This document shows, piece by piece, positions 19,208-30,524 of a stretch of DNA of 64,000 nucleotides. Below the pieces are notes generated by a model that searched no databases, was not told the origin of the DNA, and worked only from the letters and a program-made list of their open reading frames with translations. Position 1 is the stretch's first letter; the number at the start of each line of letters is the position of its first letter. The position numbers and the translations under genes are program-made. This DNA comes from Anaerolineae bacterium (lineage in GTDB: Bacteria > Chloroflexota > Anaerolineae > UBA1429). The DNA is taken from NCBI GenBank assembly GCA_963675785.1, contig OY776562.1, forward strand, positions 32,001 to 96,000, read 5' to 3'.

Positions 19208-20590
19208 TTGCAGGAATCTCGTTCACGTGTGCTCTTTGTGAGCCAGGATATGGTTGGCCCTCGCATGGCCGGTACGGGCATTCGTGTGTGGGAACTGTGT
19301 CGTGTTTTGTCGCGCTATTGTGATGTGACTTTGGCTGCGCCGGTACAGGGGATCTTGCCTGAGATGGCTTGGCGTGTAGTACCTATTACGTTGGAAGATG
19401 AGAACGAGATTGTTCCACTGATTGCTGAGGCCGATGTGGTTATCACTTCGGCGTTTGCCGCAGCCGATTATCCTCTGCTGAGTAGCCTGGATATACCCTG
19501 GGTAGGTGATGCCTATGTGCCCTCATCGACCGAGTGCCTTCCGCTGAACGCCCACTGGGCTATGGATGATCGTTTGCGTGGTCACAGCGACGACACCACA
19601 GCCTTGAACGTCTTTTTCCGGCACGGCGATTTTTGCATGTGCGCCAGCGAGCGTCAGCGCGACCTGTATCTTGGTTTACTGGCCGCCAATGGTCGACTGA
19701 ACCCCTATACCTATGACGCTGACGAGACTTTGCGCTCTCTGGTGGATGTGGTGCCCTATGGCCTCAGTGCTCAGGAGCCCCGGCCTACGAAGCCCATTGT
19801 GCGGGGCGTCATGCCCGGTGTGGATGACTTGGCGCACCTCATCGTCTGGGGTGGCGGCATTTGGAACTGGTTCGATCCCATCGCCCTTGTTCGCGCTCTT
19901 TCTAACGTGCTGCAGATACGCGATGATGTCTATCTCTATTTTCCGGGTACCAACCACCCCTTTGAATCACGGATGCCGGAAATGCGCATGCGCGCCGAGA
20001 CGCTGGCCCTTTGCGATGAACTGGGGCTGATGGGGCAACATGTCTTTGTGGGCAATTGGGTGCCTTATGCTGAGCGTCAGAACTATTTGCTCGAAGCCGA
20101 TATTGGCATCTCACTCCATCAGCCGGGCATAGAGCCGCGCTTTGCCTACCGCACCCGTTTGCTGGATTATATCTGGGCCGGATTGCCCATGGTCATATCT
20201 GAGGGTGATGTGCTCGCTGATCTGGTTCGCGAGGAGGGTCTCGGTTATGTAGTTGCCCCTGGCGATGTCAACGGGGTGACGAATGCCTTGCTCGCCCTGT
20301 TTTCTGAAAAGGACGCCCGCGCAGCCAGAGCCGAATGCTTCCAACGCGTGGCCGGCGAGATGACTTGGGATCGCGTGGCTGAGCCGCTGATTCGCTTTTG
20401 CACGCACCCCACCAAGGCTGCCGATCTTGCGGCCGGCTACGAGATCGACTTTGCCCCCGGGCCGCAGTTTCGGCAAGAGCTGGAGGAGGCGCGAGCCCTG
20501 AATCACGCCTATGAGCGGGGCCGTTTCATGCGTACCATGGCCTGGTTCAAACAGTTGGGTAATAAATCGCGTGGGAGAGATGACGCGTGA
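19208..20590 (+). CDS. GT4 glycosyltransferase
   Basis: MAGTGIR, WGGGIWNWFDP, RTRLLDYIWAGLP. Confidence 0.85.
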   Translation: MQESRSRVLFVSQDMVGPRMAGTGIRVWELCRVLSRYCDVTLAAPVQGILPEMAWRVVPITLEDENEIVPLIAEADVVITSAFAAADYPLLSSLDIPWVGDAYVPSSTECLPLNAHWAMDDRLRGHSDDTTALNVFFRHGDFCMCASERQRDLYLGLLAANGRLNPYTYDADETLRSLVDVVPYGLSAQEPRPTKPIVRGVMPGVDDLAHLIVWGGGIWNWFDPIALVRALSNVLQIRDDVYLYFPGTNHPFESRMPEMRMRAETLALCDELGLMGQHVFVGNWVPYAERQNYLLEADIGISLHQPGIEPRFAYRTRLLDYIWAGLPMVISEGDVLADLVREEGLGYVVAPGDVNGVTNALLALFSEKDARAARAECFQRVAGEMTWDRVAEPLIRFCTHPTKAADLAAGYEIDFAPGPQFRQELEEARALNHAYERGRFMRTMAWFKQLGNKSRGRDDA

Positions 20591-21849
20591 GGATTCTCTA
20601 TGCCGTCCACCAATATCTACCGGGGAATCGCGCTGGCACCGAGGTCTATACACATACGCTGGCCAAGAATCTTGCCGGCGAGGCCGAGGTACTGGTGTTT
20701 TGCGGTCGCGGTTGTGTGGATCCTGCGGAGAACGACGGCGGCCTTCTGTCCTACGAGGGCGTCCCTGTCTATCAGTTGGCCAAGGGCAAGTCATCCAACT
20801 CTGCAAATCCTCTGATTGAATTTCGCCACGATTATATCAATCCGGCTGCTCGCCGCTCTTTTGCCAAGCTGCTGGATAGCTACCAACCGGATATCGTTCA
20901 TGTGCAGCACCTCAAGGGTTTGGGCACCGGCCTGATTACTGAGGCACAAGTGCGCGGCATTCCCGTAGTGATGACGCTGCACGATTACTGGGCCATTTGC
21001 CCCAATGCCCAGTTTGTTCGTCCTGATGGCACTATTTGCTATGGCACCCATTGGAATTATGAATGTGCCTGGTGTGCGGCGGCCAAACTCTCGCGCCCCG
21101 CTGTTCGTTATTTGGCGCCGTTTATGATGCCCCTGTTCGCTCATCGGCGGGGCCATTTAAAGCGTGCACTTGAGGCGGTGAACGCCTTTGTTACTCCCTC
21201 GCTCTTTTTGCGCAACAAATACGCCGCTGCGGGCTATCCTGTCGAAAAGATTCACATTCTGGAAAACGGCCTTGATCTCTCACGCATTGCGGGTCGGCAT
21301 GGAAATGATGCACCTTATCGCGGTAACTATGCCTATGTGGGTTCTCTAGCCTGGCAAAAAGGTGTTCACGTATTGGTGGATGCTTTTCTTGAGTTGGGCG
21401 ACTGTGGAGCGACCCTCCGTATCTATGGAAATCCCGACATGTTTCCCGATTATGCGCAAGAGCTTGTTCGTGCGGTCGGGGCTTGCCCCTGGATCGAGTT
21501 CATGGGCGAGATCGCCAGTGAGCATGTTGGCGAGGTTTATGAGTGGGCCGATTACGCCGTGCTGGGCTCTCTGTGGTGGGAGAACTCACCAGTGACTATC
21601 CAAGAGGCTTATGCCGCCGGAGTCCCCGTTATTGCTCCCCGGCTAGGTGCCATGGAGGAAAAGGTACACGACGGTGAAACGGGCCTGCTTTATGCGGCTG
21701 GTGATGCGGCCAGCCTGGCGCGCATCATTCGCACTACCAATGAAGACAAGACTTTGCTCTCTCAGCTACGCCCCAATCTTGAGGCGGTTTCGATTGACGA
21801 GCATGCAATGCGGGTGATGGCTCTTTATCAGGAGTTGTTGGGTCAATGA
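20587..21849 (+). CDS. GT4 (ExpE7-like) glycosyltransferase
   Basis: AGTE, TLHDYW, SLWWENSP-x-x-x-QEA. Confidence 0.9.
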   Translation: MRILYAVHQYLPGNRAGTEVYTHTLAKNLAGEAEVLVFCGRGCVDPAENDGGLLSYEGVPVYQLAKGKSSNSANPLIEFRHDYINPAARRSFAKLLDSYQPDIVHVQHLKGLGTGLITEAQVRGIPVVMTLHDYWAICPNAQFVRPDGTICYGTHWNYECAWCAAAKLSRPAVRYLAPFMMPLFAHRRGHLKRALEAVNAFVTPSLFLRNKYAAAGYPVEKIHILENGLDLSRIAGRHGNDAPYRGNYAYVGSLAWQKGVHVLVDAFLELGDCGATLRIYGNPDMFPDYAQELVRAVGACPWIEFMGEIASEHVGEVYEWADYAVLGSLWWENSPVTIQEAYAAGVPVIAPRLGAMEEKVHDGETGLLYAAGDAASLARIIRTTNEDKTLLSQLRPNLEAVSIDEHAMRVMALYQELLGQ

Positions 21850-23792
21850 AATTTTCACAACTAACACTGCGTGTGCTACTTGGCGTGCTCTGTTTGCTCG
21901 GCATTACCTTGCTCTATGTTCCGAGTGAGCTGCCGACCAATGACTGGCTGCGCATGGGGTTACTGATAGCTCGTGCTTTGCTGCTGGTGCTGGTTCCTGG
22001 TGGACTGATCTTGAGCTGTTTCCATCATGAATACGAGCCAGACGAGGCGTTGGCTTTTGCCCCTATTCTTTCGCTGGCATTGTTTCCGCTGACTTTGCTG
22101 CTTTGTACGACGGCTGGTCTAGCTCTTTCAGCCAATGCCTTGCGCGTCGTTTTGGCGGTGGGACTGATCTGCTTGGCTGTGCGCATCATTCACCGCATCG
22201 AGGATGTGGAATTGCATTTCACACCCAAACTGGCATCTGTACTTTCTTTGGGCCTGATCTTCTTTGGTGCTTTGTTGCTACGGCTGTATCAAATTCGTGG
22301 CATTGCCTATCCTGCCGGCGGCGATTCCTATCATCATACGCTCATCACCCAACTCATCATGATGTTTGGCCAGGTACCCGATAGCTATGAACCACTGGTG
22401 GATATCTCGAGCTTTACCTATCACTTTGGCTATCACACCTACAGCGCTTTTTTAGGATGGATTGGTGATCTTGAGCCTCATCGGGCTGTACTCTGGGGCG
22501 GCCAGTTTTTGAATGCTTTGACGGTGCCCTCTGTTTGGTTCCTCACCAAAAGGATATCACACAGTCGCCGAGCGGCTGTGGCTGCCTCGGTGATGGCCGG
22601 ACTTGTTTGCATGATGCCTGCTCACTATGTGAACTGGGGGCGGTATGCTCAGCTTATGGGGCAAGTGGTGCTCTTGCCTGCTCTAGGTGTACTGCTTGAT
22701 GCCCTCAAGCCAGGCCGTATCTCCTGGTGGCTAATAGGCCTGACGGCAGTGATGGGGGCAGGGGTGGGGTTGTGCCATTACCGAGTGGCCATCTTTTACT
22801 TGGTAGGAGCGTTGATTGTGGCCATTGCGGCTTTTATACGAGTCAGCAGCAGTCAGCGCTTACATATCCTTTTCGAGGTTGTACTAATCTCCGCTATCGC
22901 TCTTGCTCTCATGTCCCCTTGGCTTCCTTCTTTTCTACACAAGACGGTTTCTGCTGCAGAAGAAGTAACTGCTCGTGCTGATACGAGCCAGTATGATTAC
23001 CTGACCCTTGATTTTATACTGGGAATGGGACTACAACCGGCCGTGATCATTGCCTCCATTCTAAGTTCCCTTTGGTTGCTCGTTCGGAAAACCTATCGCG
23101 TACAGACTATAGGCATCTTAATTTGGGTCGTAATAGTCTGGTTTCTTGCCAACTCCGATTTTTCCAGTATCCCCAACGGTTTTCTGACAAACGGCACTTT
23201 GGTATTGGCCCTCTATTTGCCAACTTCTCTGCTAATTGGCCTCGCTCTGGCGGATATGAGTCGGTTGATTGCCCCGCACTTTGGGGGACAATCAATCGGG
23301 CTCGTTGCACTTGGCACAATAGTTTGCCTGTGGGGCGCATTGGGCATTCGCGACAAATTGAACTGGGGCATTGATCGAGGTATGTTCTGGGTGACCAATG
23401 GCGATCTTGCGGCTATGACTTGGATTGAAGAAAATACTGTTCCTGAAGCCAGCTTTTCCATCGCCATGAATTATTGGCAGACCGAACACATTGGTGCTGT
23501 GGACGGCGGTTATTGGATTGAATATGTTACAGGGCGCCATATTCTGGTCCCGCCCCTTGTTTACATCAACGAAATGACTGTCTCGCAAATTGCATCTATC
23601 GATAAGATTGGTTTGGCCTTGCTGGAAGCCGACGATGTGAGTGAATACGCGCAAGCTATGCGTAACGCTAACCTCGATTATGTGTACGAACACTTGGATT
23701 CTCCTATTTTGGCCGACGATGAATTCTTCCACTCTGACCTGTTCGAGCTGGTTTACGAAAACGATACTGTGGCTATCTACGCCTTGAATTAG
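21846..23792 (+). CDS. Polytopic membrane protein, GT-C/DUF6541-like
   Basis: Many TM segments, D-SYHH in the first loop, YHFGYH, NWGRY, C-terminal soluble domain 'DLAAMTWIEENT'. Confidence 0.65.
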   Translation: MKFSQLTLRVLLGVLCLLGITLLYVPSELPTNDWLRMGLLIARALLLVLVPGGLILSCFHHEYEPDEALAFAPILSLALFPLTLLLCTTAGLALSANALRVVLAVGLICLAVRIIHRIEDVELHFTPKLASVLSLGLIFFGALLLRLYQIRGIAYPAGGDSYHHTLITQLIMMFGQVPDSYEPLVDISSFTYHFGYHTYSAFLGWIGDLEPHRAVLWGGQFLNALTVPSVWFLTKRISHSRRAAVAASVMAGLVCMMPAHYVNWGRYAQLMGQVVLLPALGVLLDALKPGRISWWLIGLTAVMGAGVGLCHYRVAIFYLVGALIVAIAAFIRVSSSQRLHILFEVVLISAIALALMSPWLPSFLHKTVSAAEEVTARADTSQYDYLTLDFILGMGLQPAVIIASILSSLWLLVRKTYRVQTIGILIWVVIVWFLANSDFSSIPNGFLTNGTLVLALYLPTSLLIGLALADMSRLIAPHFGGQSIGLVALGTIVCLWGALGIRDKLNWGIDRGMFWVTNGDLAAMTWIEENTVPEASFSIAMNYWQTEHIGAVDGGYWIEYVTGRHILVPPLVYINEMTVSQIASIDKIGLALLEADDVSEYAQAMRNANLDYVYEHLDSPILADDEFFHSDLFELVYENDTVAIYALN

Positions 23793-23808
23793 CAAGCGAT
23801 ATGTTTGC

Positions 23809-23839
23809 TGGTGTCATCTCTAAGGATGACACCATTTTT
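23809..23839 (+). terminator. Terminator ending the glycan cluster
   Basis: TGGTGTCATC/GATGACACCA plus TTTTT. Confidence 0.8.
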
Positions 23840-23914
23840 GTTTGTTGCGAGCCAAACTGTAAGCACATGCAAAGAATAATTGTCGATATGCTGCGTTAAC
23901 GTTAGAATCGAGCT

Positions 23915-25822
23915 ATGGATAATCTACAGTTTTCGTCAGGGAGTCAGCATCTCGATCAACTACTGGAAGAGCTCCGCATTGGCGACAATGTGGTTTTCTC
24001 AGTGAGTGATCCCCAGGCCTACAAACCGTTCGTTGCATTGCTAAAAGATCGTGCTGCGGGAGCTAGTCCACGCATCATTTATGCGCGTTCTAATGGCATG
24101 CTCGACTCTGTTATGGGCGATTGGCCAAATGTCCAAGTACTCAATCTGGTTGCTTTGGCTGGAGATGATCTCCTTGATGCGCTAGAGTGTAGCATGCGTG
24201 AGATCGGCCGGGGTGTACATTATGTCTTTGATCCCCTCGATTCCTTGGCGCCGACGTTTTGCTCTTCAGAAGATTTGGGATACTTGTTCAAACGCATGTG
24301 TCCTTTACTTTATGCGCTAGATACAGTAGCGTATTGGGTTTTGCTTCGCTCAAAACACTCGGACAAACTCATTGCTGATGTCAAAGATTGCACACAGGTG
24401 TTCCTTGAAGTCCGGGAAAGCGCTGGGGAGTTTATCTTGACGCCTCTCAAAGTAGCCGGCCGTTATTCTGAGCGTATGTTTCGTCCTCATCAGATTCTTG
24501 ACCGAACCAGCTTTACCTTAAAGGCCCTTGCCGTAGGTTCTGGCGATCAGCAGAACTATGCCCGCATATTGGAAGACAAAAACCGCGAGTTGATCGAAAT
24601 TCGTGACGCGCTGGATGCTAGTAATCAAGAGTTGCAAGCACGCAACCAGTCTTTGGCCGAACAGCAAGAACGGACGCGCACGCTTACCAACATGCTTTCT
24701 GACGTTCTGGCACTTTTGCAGATGGGTCAAGAAATCGCCTCGTCTCTGGTGCTCGAACAGGTGCGTCAGACTGGCATAGAAGCTGCTCAGCGCTTGTTCA
24801 AGGCGAGTCAGGTCAGTCTCGTTTTGAACGATGATGACTTGGATATTGCCGATCAGATGTCTCTTTTGGATGTAGAAGACCAAGCTTTGCAAGAGTTCCG
24901 TCAATTGCTGCAGGAGGCTGGGAATTGTCGACAGGTGTGCTCTGCCACACTTGATGGCGGACGATCTGTTGCTGTGGCACCGTTTTTATCTCGTGGCAAG
25001 ACAGCTGGTTTTTTGGTGATTGTTGCTCCTGATATGCAGTTGGACCGTGCTGAAAACCGTGCTTGGCTGGAATATCTGAGTTCTGTTATTGGCGTGGCTA
25101 TTGATAATGCCCGACTTTATGCAGAACTAGAAGAACAGGGAGAACAGTTGCGCTCTTGGGTCGAGCGGGTCATTTCTCAGGAAGAGACCAACAGCAGGCA
25201 ATTTGCTCTGGATCTCCATGACGGACTCTTGCAGCTTATCGTGGCTGCCTATCAGCACCTGCAAAGCGCTCGTGCCTGGCAAGATCGTAACCCTGAGCGG
25301 CAGACTGCAGAGGCGGAACTAGGCTCTCGGCTAGTTCGTGATGCTATTCATGAATCACGACGCCTCATCGCGCAGCTCAGGCCGGCTGGTTTGGATGATT
25401 TCGGCTTGCTGCATGCCTTGCGATTATTTTTTACCCAGCAAATGCAGGATACTGGTTTGGCTGTAGATGCCGAGTTTAGTGCGGATTGGCCAACTTTGCC
25501 TGTTTCGTTGGAAGCTGCCATATTTCGCATCGTTCAAGAGGCCATGACCAATGTGCTTAAACATGCGCAGGCTGAACGCGTTAGCGTGCAACTCTATCGC
25601 GATGAGAGTCTTCTTTGTATTGAAGTGATCGATCATGGTCAAGGTTTCGATGTTGGCAAAGTGGTGGCCAAGCCAGAGCGGGGTTTGCATATCGGCCTGG
25701 TGGGTATTCGTGAGAGGGCTCGTTTGTGGGATGGATCATGCACGGTTGATAGTGAACTAGGGCGAGGCACCCGAATATTTGTCACCATCCCAATGCCAGA
25801 AGATAGGGGGGATGGATCATGA
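23915..25822 (+). CDS. Cytoplasmic sensor histidine kinase (RecA/KaiC-like N-domain, GAF, HisKA_3, HATPase)
   Basis: ALDLHDGLLQ H-box, LRP-x-x-LDDFGL, QEAMTNVLKHA, DHGQGF, GLVGIRERA; AIDNARLY ending a GAF domain. Confidence 0.88.
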   Translation: MDNLQFSSGSQHLDQLLEELRIGDNVVFSVSDPQAYKPFVALLKDRAAGASPRIIYARSNGMLDSVMGDWPNVQVLNLVALAGDDLLDALECSMREIGRGVHYVFDPLDSLAPTFCSSEDLGYLFKRMCPLLYALDTVAYWVLLRSKHSDKLIADVKDCTQVFLEVRESAGEFILTPLKVAGRYSERMFRPHQILDRTSFTLKALAVGSGDQQNYARILEDKNRELIEIRDALDASNQELQARNQSLAEQQERTRTLTNMLSDVLALLQMGQEIASSLVLEQVRQTGIEAAQRLFKASQVSLVLNDDDLDIADQMSLLDVEDQALQEFRQLLQEAGNCRQVCSATLDGGRSVAVAPFLSRGKTAGFLVIVAPDMQLDRAENRAWLEYLSSVIGVAIDNARLYAELEEQGEQLRSWVERVISQEETNSRQFALDLHDGLLQLIVAAYQHLQSARAWQDRNPERQTAEAELGSRLVRDAIHESRRLIAQLRPAGLDDFGLLHALRLFFTQQMQDTGLAVDAEFSADWPTLPVSLEAAIFRIVQEAMTNVLKHAQAERVSVQLYRDESLLCIEVIDHGQGFDVGKVVAKPERGLHIGLVGIRERARLWDGSCTVDSELGRGTRIFVTIPMPEDRGDGS

Positions 25823-26463
25823 TTCGCGTGATGCTGGTTGATGATCAGATGATTGTGCGCGAGGGGCTCAAATCCATGTTAAGTCTCGAACCGGACATCA
25901 CAGTGGTTGCTGAGGCTTCGAACGGTGAGCAGGCACTACAAAAGTTGCCCTCGTGTCAGCCCAACATTGTGCTGTTGGATATTCGTATGCCGGAGATGGA
26001 CGGCTTGACCGCTCTCGAAAAGATCAAACAACTCTCTCCGCAGACGAGCGTGCTTATGGTGACCCTTTACGATGATCCAGATTATTTGTACAAGGCCATC
26101 GTTCTAGGAGCGGCGGGCTATGTGCTCAAGGATACTGGTCGTGAAGAATTTGTGCGTGCTATTCGCATAACCGATGAGGGTGGGGCCGTGGTAGCGCCAG
26201 GTCTGCTCAAAGAGCTTTTGAAGCGTCTAGAGCATCTAGGGGCTATCCCTGCTGATCCGGCTACCGTACAAACAAATCTGTCTGATCGCGAGCTAGAGGT
26301 GCTGGCACTGGTCGCCGAAGGCCTTACAAATGCCGAAATCGCAGAGGCCCTTTACATCAGTACCACAACGGTCAAAACCCACGTAAAGAACATTATCCAA
26401 AAGTTGGATGTGTCCGATCGTACCCAAGCGGCCGTCCATGCTGTGCGGGCCGGCTTGATCTAA
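25819..26463 (+). CDS. NarL/LuxR response regulator
   Basis: VDD, LLDIRMPEMDG, LSDRELEVL, TVKTHV. Confidence 0.95.
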   Translation: MIRVMLVDDQMIVREGLKSMLSLEPDITVVAEASNGEQALQKLPSCQPNIVLLDIRMPEMDGLTALEKIKQLSPQTSVLMVTLYDDPDYLYKAIVLGAAGYVLKDTGREEFVRAIRITDEGGAVVAPGLLKELLKRLEHLGAIPADPATVQTNLSDRELEVLALVAEGLTNAEIAEALYISTTTVKTHVKNIIQKLDVSDRTQAAVHAVRAGLI

Positions 26464-26493
26464 ACACTAGGGTAGGCTGTCAGGGTGCAATAG

Positions 26494-28200
<1,707 letters not shown>

Positions 28201-28203
28201 ACC

Positions 28204-28231
28204 AAGGCCCGGGATTATCCCGGGCCTTTTT
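28204..28231 (+). terminator. pyrG terminator
   Basis: AAGGCCCGGGA/TCCCGGGCCTT plus T-tract. Confidence 0.85.
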
Positions 28232-28289
28232 CTATTGACGCACCCCTATCGTGATGTTAATCTCCCCAAGTTAGGTAAAGGAGGCGCAC

Positions 28290-29294
28290 ATGTCCAAAAT
28301 CAAAGTATTGGTGACAGTTCCTGTGCCCCTACGGGGGTTGATTCTTTCTGATGAAGCTTTGGCCCGGCTCAATGCCGTGGCGGACGTACAGTTGAACGAG
28401 GATGGGCGCAACTGGACGTCAGAAGAGTTGGCCCAAAGATTGCCCGGCGTCGATGCCATGATTACCAGCTGGGGTATTGTTAAATTGGATGAGCAAGTAT
28501 TGGCGAAGGCTGATCGGCTCAAGCTGGTAGCTCATGCTGCCGGCAGTGTCAAGGGCTTTGTGACAGATGCCCTTTATGACCGGGGCATTCGTGTGACCCA
28601 TGCGGCAGCGCGTATTGCCGAGTCGGTGGCCGAATATTCGTTGTTGACAGCGATGATGGGACTGCGCCGACCCCAGGATTACGATCGCCGCATGAAGGCG
28701 GGAGAGGCCTGGCCCAAGGCCAAGGACGATCCCATCTATGAGATACGCGGCAAAAAGGTGGGTTTGCTGGGCATGGGCTATGTGGGGCGTTGCTCGGCTA
28801 GAGCCTTTCAAGCTGTTGGCGCTGAGGTACTGGCCTACGATCCTTACCTTAGCCAGGAGCGGGCTCATGAGTTGGGTGTTTGCAAGGCTGAGTTGGACGA
28901 ACTGCTCTCAACTTGCAAGGTGGTCTCGGTGCATTTACCTGTGACGGAAGAAACCCACAATCTGCTGGGGACGCGTGAACTGGCCTTGTTACAGGATGGC
29001 GCGGTGTTCGTTAACACTGCCAGAAGTTGGGTGGTCGATCAGGATGCCTTGTTGCGTGAGCTAAGCACGGGGCGCTTTTGGGCGGCGCTTGATGTATTTG
29101 GTGAGGAGCCCTTGTCGCTAGAGAGCCCTTGGCGTCAGCTGGATAATGTGCTGCTCTCGCCGCACATTGCCGGTCTTTCTATCGATTCTTACCGGGGGCT
29201 CGTTGCACTGGCGGTAAAAGAGATTGAGCGCTGGCAGGCGGATTTGCCGTTGCAGTATGAGGTGACGCACGATATGCTGGCTACTATGGCGTAG
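28290..29294 (+). CDS. D-2-hydroxyacid dehydrogenase
   Basis: GMGYVG, YDPY, VNTAR, ALDVF-x-x-EP, SPHIAG. Confidence 0.92.
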   Translation: MSKIKVLVTVPVPLRGLILSDEALARLNAVADVQLNEDGRNWTSEELAQRLPGVDAMITSWGIVKLDEQVLAKADRLKLVAHAAGSVKGFVTDALYDRGIRVTHAAARIAESVAEYSLLTAMMGLRRPQDYDRRMKAGEAWPKAKDDPIYEIRGKKVGLLGMGYVGRCSARAFQAVGAEVLAYDPYLSQERAHELGVCKAELDELLSTCKVVSVHLPVTEETHNLLGTRELALLQDGAVFVNTARSWVVDQDALLRELSTGRFWAALDVFGEEPLSLESPWRQLDNVLLSPHIAGLSIDSYRGLVALAVKEIERWQADLPLQYEVTHDMLATMA

Positions 29295-29365
29295 TAAAGG
29301 CTATTCTTATGCCCACAACGTGATTGAATTGGCGTTGTGGGCGTTTTCATTCGGTGAGGGCGAAC

Positions 29366-29917
29366 ATGAAATTGATCATCGGAGCAGGCCGATTTGCACA
29401 GGAAGGCTGGGTATCTACTCAACAGGACATGTTGAACGTGCTAAACGCCGACGATTGGGAGCGTATCTGCGCTGGTGAACAGCTAGAGGCGCTACTGGCC
29501 GAGCATGTTTGGGAGCATATGACTTACGAAGAAGGCCTTGCCGCGGCGCGCAATTGTTACCACTATCTTGCGCCGGGTGGTTATTTGCGCTGTGCTGTGC
29601 CCGATGCCAATTTTCGTAACGATTGGTATCAGAACATGGCCAAAGTCGGCGGCCCTGGGCCCGCCGATCATCCTGCTTATGGCCACAAGATGTTTTATGA
29701 TTATCAACTCTTTCGCCACCTTTTTGAGAAAGTAGGATTTGAAGTCGAGCTGCTGGAATACTGCGACGAGCAGGGTATCTTTCATTATCGTTATTGGAAC
29801 GAGTCTGATGGTCACGTTGGTCGTTCTTTGCGCTACGATACGCGAAACTCTCTGGAAAAGCTGGGCATGGTTTCTATCATCATCAATGCCTACAAGCCGT
29901 TGCTTATTGCGACGTAG
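29366..29917 (+). CDS. Minimal class I SAM methyltransferase-like protein
   Basis: IGAG, AEHVWEH, LAPGG-x-LRCAVPD. Confidence 0.75.
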   Translation: MKLIIGAGRFAQEGWVSTQQDMLNVLNADDWERICAGEQLEALLAEHVWEHMTYEEGLAAARNCYHYLAPGGYLRCAVPDANFRNDWYQNMAKVGGPGPADHPAYGHKMFYDYQLFRHLFEKVGFEVELLEYCDEQGIFHYRYWNESDGHVGRSLRYDTRNSLEKLGMVSIIINAYKPLLIAT

Positions 29918-29959
29918 CGCTCCTGTTAGCTGTGCCATGATTTTGGGGCTTAATCCTGA

Positions 29960-30325
29960 TTACTCTCGGCGATAGTCATAAACATCACTTCTCACCTCGA
30001 GTTCATGCCCATTGATGGTCACAGTTTCCTCATTCAACCAAGAGGCGGTAGCGTCCGAACAAAGATATTGCCAGTAGATGTTTTTGTGATATCCCGTTTC
30101 GTTATTTGCTAGAACGCCCAACACGGCATAGCCCGTAGTAGCTCCGCCATTATTTCTGTAGAGGCTGACAGTATAGGTTTCATCTGGAGACATGACGTGG
30201 TCGAGAAGCACTTGTCCATCAATATGCTGGATATCGTAGAATGCCCAGTAGATGCCATAGGCCACCATGCCAACGAGGCAAATACCAATAATCGCGGCAG
30301 TATACAAACGCTTATGATTATCCAT
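29960..30325 (-). CDS. DUF5412-like membrane-anchored protein
   Basis: N-terminal TM, SPD-x-TY, NGGATT, NIYW, YDYRR. Confidence 0.65.
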   Translation of the reverse strand: MDNHKRLYTAAIIGICLVGMVAYGIYWAFYDIQHIDGQVLLDHVMSPDETYTVSLYRNNGGATTGYAVLGVLANNETGYHKNIYWQYLCSDATASWLNEETVTINGHELEVRSDVYDYRRE

Positions 30326-30524
30326 GATTTCTCCAGAGGGGAGTCCTGCTGCAGCGATTCGAGACGTAAGGAGAGTCACGTATGTTGCAGCAGTGCAACT
30401 ATTGACGTCATGGTACAAACGCATGCCAGATGAGCACGGTTCCCGTACTATTGGGTGTGTACATCTGACGACAAGAGGAAGAGAGTGTTACTCGCATGGT
30501 CTCGATGAACTCCGAGGAGGGCTT

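Noticed and set aside
11237-23840. Glycan cluster as a tRNA-Pro-integrated island
   Set aside because: No duplicate of the tRNA-Pro 3' end and no integrase found; the native terminator directly follows the tRNA.
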